Shown piece after piece: positions 58,797 to 64,000 of a DNA stretch of 64,000 bases. The stretch comes from Bacteroidales bacterium (GTDB lineage: Bacteria; Bacteroidota; Bacteroidia; Bacteroidales; VadinHA17), in the NCBI GenBank assembly GCA_036261265.1, contig DATALC010000054.1, positions 61,884 through 125,883 on the forward strand, given 5' to 3'. Made by a program: the position numbers and the translations under genes. The notes under the pieces are model-generated. The model did no database searches. It saw only the letters and a program-made list of their open reading frames with translations, and was not told where the DNA came from. Positions within the stretch are counted from its first letter, which is position 1; each line of letters opens with the position of its first letter.

Positions 58797-59804
58797 ATGG
58801 AATTATTGGATAGCATTAAACAAAATGCAAGAAAACACAATATGCGTATTGTGCTTCCTGAAGGGTATGAAGAAAGGAACATCCGTGCTGCTGATGAAGC
58901 AATAAGGGATGGACTTGCAAGAATTATACTTATAGGAGATCCTGAAGAAATAAAAGCTCATGCATCTAAGCTTGGACTTCAGAATATATCTAAAGCCCAG
59001 GTTGTTAACCCTCTCAACAATGAGAAAAAGCAGCATTACATCGATACTATGCTTGAACTGAGAAAAAGCAAAGGTCTTACTAGAGAACAGGCTGAAAAGC
59101 TTATTCAGGATCCGCTTTATCTTGGCGTTCTCATGATTAAGTGCGGCGATGCAGATGGCGAAGTGTCTGGTGCTGATCACGCAACAGGTGATGTTCTTCG
59201 TCCGGCATTCCAATATGTAAAAACTGCTCCCGGTATTTCAGTTGTATCAGGCGCCTTTATAATGATCTTAAAGGATAAGAGTTTCGGCGAAAATGGCGTT
59301 CTTATTTTTGCCGATGGTGCTGTCCATCCGAATCCAACTGATAAAGAATTGGCTGAAATTGCCGTCGCCTCGGCTCATACTGCCAGGGCAATTGCAGGTT
59401 TTGAACCAAGAATAGCAATGCTGAGCTTCTCAACAAAAGGAAGTGCAAAACATGAAATGGTTGATAAGGTAGTGAACGCTACCAGGATTGCAAAAGAAAT
59501 GGCTCCTGATCTTCAGATAGATGGTGAACTTCAGGCCGATGCTGCCCTTGTTGAAGCAATCGGTAAAAGCAAAGCTCCCGGAAGTAAAATTGCCGGAAAA
59601 GCTAATGTTCTCATCTTCCCTGATCTTAATGTTGGCAATATAGCATACAAGCTTGTCCAAAGACTTGCTCACGCTGAAGCAGTAGGTCCTGTTCTCCAGG
59701 GAATGGCAGCTCCAATAAACGATCTTTCACGTGGCTGTTCTGTAAGCGATATAGTAAGCATGATCGCAATTACTGCAAATCAGGCAGCCGGGATTAAGAA
59801 GTGA
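58797..59804 (+). CDS. pta: Phosphate acetyltransferase (short, PTA_PTB-domain-only form)
   Basis: 335 aa with RIVLPEG.E.R...A, GDADG.VSGA..TT, a C-terminal region containing SRG.S, and high by-eye similarity to the Firmicutes/Bacteroidota Pta. Confidence 0.9.
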   Translation: MELLDSIKQNARKHNMRIVLPEGYEERNIRAADEAIRDGLARIILIGDPEEIKAHASKLGLQNISKAQVVNPLNNEKKQHYIDTMLELRKSKGLTREQAEKLIQDPLYLGVLMIKCGDADGEVSGADHATGDVLRPAFQYVKTAPGISVVSGAFIMILKDKSFGENGVLIFADGAVHPNPTDKELAEIAVASAHTARAIAGFEPRIAMLSFSTKGSAKHEMVDKVVNATRIAKEMAPDLQIDGELQADAALVEAIGKSKAPGSKIAGKANVLIFPDLNVGNIAYKLVQRLAHAEAVGPVLQGMAAPINDLSRGCSVSDIVSMIAITANQAAGIKK

Positions 59805-59830
59805 GCGTAAAGCGTAAAGCAAAGCAAAAA
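59805..59830. repeat. Short degenerate tandem repeat (GCGTAAA x2, GCAAA, GCAAAAA) abutting the pta stop codon
   Basis: Read directly. It begins at the nucleotide after the pta TGA. Confidence 0.85.
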
Positions 59831-59831
59831 G

Positions 59832-59877
59832 ACTCAGTGAAACTCCTTGTAACTCCGTGAGACTACGTGTTAAGGTC
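59832..59877. repeat. Interspersed intergenic element, copy 2 (ACTCAGTGA ... AACTCCG ... ACT.CGTG)
   Basis: Shares ordered identical blocks with 242..291. Internally it is ~10-nt periodic (gtgaaactcc ttgtaactcc gtgagactac gtg). Confidence 0.7.
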
Positions 59878-59927
59878 ATCATTGAAGAAATGGAGAAATA
59901 TTAAAAAAGCAACTTTAAAACAAAAAT

Positions 59928-60896
59928 ATGGCAGACAATACTGAAAGGCTCGAAGATTATGGTTTGTCGAAAGATACAAGGCCAAAAACACTTTTCTCAA
60001 AAGTAGGGATCGTTGGTGCAGGATCGGTAGGGCAGAATATTGCAAGGATGATCAGCTCGAAAGGAATGGATGTGATCATCCTCGATCTTACGCGCGAAAA
60101 AATCGATAATGCGTATGCTGAGCTTGCCCGCGAACTCGATATGATGATAGAACGATGGGGAATGACAAACTCGGAGAAACTTGGTATTTTATCGAGGATA
60201 AAAGGAACGATTTCGTATGAAGACTTTAATGGTTGTGATATTGTTATTGAAGCTGTTAAATCTCTCAGGCGCGAGCAAACACATGAAATTCGAAGTGAAA
60301 TACTGAAGAACATTGAGAAAAATGTTGGCAATAAAACTATAATCGCAACAAATTCATCAACTCATGTAATAACTGAGTTGACCACCGACCTTGAGTATAA
60401 AGATCGTTGCGTTAGCTTTCATTTTCTTACTCCCGAAGCTGATGCAAGGGTTGTTGAAGTTGTAAAGGGTTTGTACACATCACAGGAAACTTACGATAAT
60501 ACAGTCAAATTTGCGCATCTCATCGGAAAAAAGGTGGTAGCAGTGAAAGAATCTCCGGGTATTATAAGCACTCGCTTATTTGTTCCACTCATCAATGAGG
60601 CATGTGAAATTCTGATGGAAGGAGTAGGCAGCATGGAAGATATTGATCTTACAATGCGCGTCGGTTTTGGACTGCCTCTTGGCCCATTTGAAATGGCTGA
60701 TAAAATTGGTCTCGACAAGATCCTTCGGTGGTGCGAGAATCTTTATGATGAATTCGGTGAAGTGAAATACAAATCTTCACCTCTCTTAAAGAAGCTTGTT
60801 CGCGCCAATAACTGGGGAAGACGGACCGGAAGAGGATTCTATGAGTATAACAAAGACGGAGTTAAAATCGGCAAGAATTCATTTCTGCAGGCTTGA
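59928..60896 (+). CDS. 3-hydroxyacyl-CoA dehydrogenase family protein (Hbd-like, divergent)
   Basis: 322 aa. It has the Rossmann motif GIVGAGSVG, NSST, FHF..P, VEVV, and the C-terminal dimerisation domain (PLGPFE..D.IGLD). The usual PGF..NR reads PGIISTR. Confidence 0.75.
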   Translation: MADNTERLEDYGLSKDTRPKTLFSKVGIVGAGSVGQNIARMISSKGMDVIILDLTREKIDNAYAELARELDMMIERWGMTNSEKLGILSRIKGTISYEDFNGCDIVIEAVKSLRREQTHEIRSEILKNIEKNVGNKTIIATNSSTHVITELTTDLEYKDRCVSFHFLTPEADARVVEVVKGLYTSQETYDNTVKFAHLIGKKVVAVKESPGIISTRLFVPLINEACEILMEGVGSMEDIDLTMRVGFGLPLGPFEMADKIGLDKILRWCENLYDEFGEVKYKSSPLLKKLVRANNWGRRTGRGFYEYNKDGVKIGKNSFLQA

Positions 60897-60932
60897 TTCC
60901 ATAAAACTTGTTCAGTAAAAATATATCCAATA

Positions 60933-62150
60933 ATGAAAATACTAGTTCTAAACTGCGGAAGCTCATCAATAAAATATCAGCTGTTCGACATGACATCCGG
61001 CGTTGTTCTCACGAAAGGAATTGTTGAGAAAATCGGGTTAAAAGGCTCATTCCTTAAAAATGAACGTTTTGATGGCGATAAAGTAAAGCTGGAGGGTGAA
61101 ATCCTTGATCATCAGACAGGCATCGAATATCTTCTTGGACTGATGATAAGCAAGAAAAGAGGAGTTCTTAAGAGTCTTAACGAAATTGAAGCCGTTGGAC
61201 ACAGGCTGGTTCATGGAGGTGAAAGATTCCAGGAAAGCTGCTATCTCGATGATGTGACAATAAAAGCAGTTGAAGATTGTTCAAGCCTGGCTCCATTGCA
61301 TAATCCTGCTAACCTCAAAGGTATTTATGCAATGAAAAATCTTCTGCCAGAGGTTCCGCAGGTTGGGGTATTCGATACGTCTTTTCACCAGACAATGCCT
61401 AATTACTCATTCATGTATGCTTTGCCTTATTCACTTTATAAAAAATACGGAATAAGGCGTTACGGGTTCCATGGCACGAGCCATAGTTATGTTTCAAAAA
61501 GAGCTTGTGAGATATTGAAGGTTGATTATAAATCGAAGAAGATAATTACCTGCCATCTTGGTAACGGCGCTTCAATTACAGCGATAAAAAGCGGGAAATC
61601 TCTTGATACATCAATGGGGCTTACTCCGGTCGAAGGCCTGATAATGGGCACAAGGTCAGGAGATGTGGATGCAGGGGCTCTGACACTTATAATGGAAAAG
61701 GAAGAAATTGATTTCGCATCCCTTAACACGCTTCTTAACAAACATAGCGGTATGCTGGGAATTTCCGGAATATCTTCTGATATGAGAGAGGTTGAAGCCG
61801 CTGCAGCTGAAGGTGATGAACGTGCTATACTTTCATTGAAAATGTATGATTACCGTGTGAAGAAATATATTGGCTCCTATGCAGCTGCAATGGGTGGTGT
61901 CGATATTGTTGTTTTTACAGGAGGAATAGGTGAAAATGCTGCCGAAACCCGAGAAGCAATCTGTAAGGACATGGAATTCCTCGGGATAGAGTTCGACAAA
62001 AAGAAAAATGAAGGCTGCAGGGGTAAGGAACAGGTTATAAGTAAGGATAATTCAAAAGTGACTGTTATAATCGTTCCAACCAATGAAGAGTATGTGATTG
62101 CTTCTGATACACGTGAAATAGTCGAAAGCAGGCTCAAATCAAAAAAGTAA
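60933..62150 (+). CDS. ackA: Acetate kinase
   Basis: 405 aa with ILVLNCGSSSIKYQLF, HRLVHGG, FDT.FH.TMP, RYGFHGTSH and TGGIGEN. Confidence 0.95.
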   Translation: MKILVLNCGSSSIKYQLFDMTSGVVLTKGIVEKIGLKGSFLKNERFDGDKVKLEGEILDHQTGIEYLLGLMISKKRGVLKSLNEIEAVGHRLVHGGERFQESCYLDDVTIKAVEDCSSLAPLHNPANLKGIYAMKNLLPEVPQVGVFDTSFHQTMPNYSFMYALPYSLYKKYGIRRYGFHGTSHSYVSKRACEILKVDYKSKKIITCHLGNGASITAIKSGKSLDTSMGLTPVEGLIMGTRSGDVDAGALTLIMEKEEIDFASLNTLLNKHSGMLGISGISSDMREVEAAAAEGDERAILSLKMYDYRVKKYIGSYAAAMGGVDIVVFTGGIGENAAETREAICKDMEFLGIEFDKKKNEGCRGKEQVISKDNSKVTVIIVPTNEEYVIASDTREIVESRLKSKK

Positions 62151-62162
62151 ATTGCAGAATCT

Positions 62163-63065
62163 ATGGTGCTCAAAAGTCTTGGTGATCTGAATCGCCTTAT
62201 TCCCACAGGCAAAAAGAAAAAGCTTGCTCTTGCAGCAGCTCAGGATCAGCATTCTCTTGGCGCAGTCCTGAAAGCCTGGGAGTCAGGCCTTATTGAACCA
62301 GTTCTTGTTGGCGATAAGCCTGGTATTGAGCGCATCTGCGAGGAATACAATTATGATATTTCAGAGATAAATGTTATTCACGAGGCTGACCCGGAGAAAG
62401 CAGTAGTAAAAGCTGTCAGGATGACTAGCTCGGGTGAAGCTGATATACTGATGAAGGGCAAGATAGGAACATCGTCTCTGCTCAAAGGTGTACTCAACAA
62501 GGAGTGGGGACTGAGAACAGGAAACCTTTTATCGCACATTGCGCTTTTCCAGGTTGAGACTTATCATAAAGTGATTGCCGTTACTGATGTTGCAATGAAT
62601 ATTGCGCCAAATCTGCAGGAAAAGATCGGAATAGTTAATAATTCAGTTGCCTGCCTGAATAAACTAGGTTACATAATGCCTAAAGTAGCCGTCCTGGGCG
62701 CTGTAGAGATGGTGAACGAGAACATGGAGGCAACTCTCGATGCTGCTCTTCTTTCGAAAATGAACCAGCGCGATCAGATTAGAAACTGTATAATTGACGG
62801 TCCTCTGGCTTTTGATAATGCAGTCAGCCTTGAGAGCGCCAAACACAAAGGTATAAGAAGCGATGTTGCAGGAGATACCGACTTGCTGTTAATGCCAGAT
62901 ATTGAGGTTGGAAATGTCCTGTATAAATCACTTGTCTTCTTCGCAAAAGCTGATGTGGCTTCTATTATACTTGGCGCCTCTGTACCAATAGTGCTCACTT
63001 CACGTTCAGATTCGGAAAAAGCTAAATACGACAGCATCCTTCTTGCGGTTGCTGCAAGCAGATAA
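62163..63065 (+). CDS. ptb: Phosphate butyryltransferase-like acyltransferase (paralog 1)
   Basis: 300 aa PTA_PTB-domain protein of Ptb length. Has A.D...L.A...A...G...P.LVGD and ADILMKG. Confidence 0.8.
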   Translation: MVLKSLGDLNRLIPTGKKKKLALAAAQDQHSLGAVLKAWESGLIEPVLVGDKPGIERICEEYNYDISEINVIHEADPEKAVVKAVRMTSSGEADILMKGKIGTSSLLKGVLNKEWGLRTGNLLSHIALFQVETYHKVIAVTDVAMNIAPNLQEKIGIVNNSVACLNKLGYIMPKVAVLGAVEMVNENMEATLDAALLSKMNQRDQIRNCIIDGPLAFDNAVSLESAKHKGIRSDVAGDTDLLLMPDIEVGNVLYKSLVFFAKADVASIILGASVPIVLTSRSDSEKAKYDSILLAVAASR

Positions 63066-63070
63066 AACCT

Positions 63071-63976
63071 ATGATCAGGACACTCGATCAGATGGAGAGC
63101 CTGGTAGCAGGATCAGGAAAAAGGCGGCGCATTGCCGTTGCCTGGGCACAGGATTCAAATACAATATCAGCTCTGCATAACGCCGTTAATAAAGGTTTTG
63201 CTGAAGCCCTTCTGATCGGCAGGAAAAATGAAATAATAGATACTTGCGGTGAGCACGGAATAGATAATTCAATATTCAGGATTATTGATTCCGAAAATGA
63301 GTCTGCAGCATCTGAAAAAGCTGTAGCAATGGCGAGGTCAGGCGAGGCCGATATTGTTATGAAGGGCCTCGTAAACACGGACAAATTCCTTAAAGCAGTT
63401 ATGCATAAAGAAAAGGGAATTATGTTGCCCGGAGCTGTTCTCAGCTATGTTTGTGCCATTCAGCTGCCGGCTTATCATAAATTGCTGTTTGTAACTGATC
63501 CTGCTGTGATTCCATTCCCGGATCTCGATCAGAAGATCGCAATGACTGGGTATGCAATTGAAATGGCAAACAGATTCGGTATTGAAAAACCTAAGATCGC
63601 CCTCATCGGAGCATCGGAAAAGATGAACAAACACTTCCAGAGTTCCGTTGATTATTCAATAATGTGTAAGATGGCTGACAGAGGTCAGATAAAGAGTTGC
63701 ATTATGGATGGTCCGCTTGATCTTTTCCTTGCATGTGACGAGAAAAGCATTCAGATCAAAGGGGTATCGACACCTGTTGGTGGCGATGCCGACATACTTC
63801 TCTTTCCGTCACTTGAAGCAAGCAATCCATTTTACAAAGGATTGATGCTTTTTGCAGGAGGGGAGCTTGCAGGCCTTATACGGGGAACCCAGAAACCTGT
63901 TGTTGTTATGTCAAGGAGCGAAAGCGAAAAATCTAAATATTATTGTGTTGTTCTTTCTTGCCTGATGGCAGATTAA
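63071..63976 (+). CDS. ptb: Phosphate butyryltransferase-like acyltransferase (paralog 2)
   Basis: 301 aa, collinear with and clearly paralogous to the preceding gene (ADIVMKG, MSRSESEKSKY versus TSRSDSEKAKY). There is a 5-nt gap between the two. Confidence 0.8.
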   Translation: MIRTLDQMESLVAGSGKRRRIAVAWAQDSNTISALHNAVNKGFAEALLIGRKNEIIDTCGEHGIDNSIFRIIDSENESAASEKAVAMARSGEADIVMKGLVNTDKFLKAVMHKEKGIMLPGAVLSYVCAIQLPAYHKLLFVTDPAVIPFPDLDQKIAMTGYAIEMANRFGIEKPKIALIGASEKMNKHFQSSVDYSIMCKMADRGQIKSCIMDGPLDLFLACDEKSIQIKGVSTPVGGDADILLFPSLEASNPFYKGLMLFAGGELAGLIRGTQKPVVVMSRSESEKSKYYCVVLSCLMAD

Positions 63977-64000
63977 TCAGGCAAATAGCATATTAAACTA

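Overview
This 64-kb window is a gene-dense chromosomal core segment. It appears to come from a Bacteroidota (Bacteroidales-like) genome, for three reasons: many genes are preceded by the Bacteroides-type -7 box TAnnTTTG, the nuo operon is the 11-gene form without nuoEFG, and an exbB-exbD-exbD-tonB cluster carries TPR and PstS-like partners. About 55 protein genes can be called, and most are housekeeping genes. They include dnaX, secA, dapA, ligA, argS, ffh, folD, aroE, nuoABCDHIJKLMN, truA, galK/galM plus a sugar transporter, queA, kdsA, rarA, ggt, and a pta / hbd-like / ackA / two-ptb fermentation cluster. There is one ncRNA, a class A RNase P RNA at 47911..48309 with its own promoter and terminator. 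I found no rRNA, tRNA, CRISPR array, transposase, integrase or recognisable defence gene, and nothing that looks like an accessory island. Four things deserve a second look. (1) An AMMECR1/Memo/radical-SAM ('AmmeMemoRadiSam') gene set has a Memo-AMMECR1 fusion with a Sec-type signal peptide and a radical SAM enzyme with a Tat-like leader. The two flank an 800-aa polytopic protein whose spermidine-synthase-like domain is degenerate. (2) dnaX contains an A10 run at the domain III/tau-linker boundary, and stop codons follow within 1 and 4 codons in the two alternative frames. This resembles the known gamma/tau recoding sites. (3) Short-period (4-14 bp) tandem arrays sit in intergenic spacers, two of them inside the nuo operon, and four of the five begin 0-6 nt after a stop codon. 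(4) A 445-bp spacer holds repeated modules, each with a small C-run/G-run hairpin. All functional assignments come from reading motifs by eye; no database search was run.
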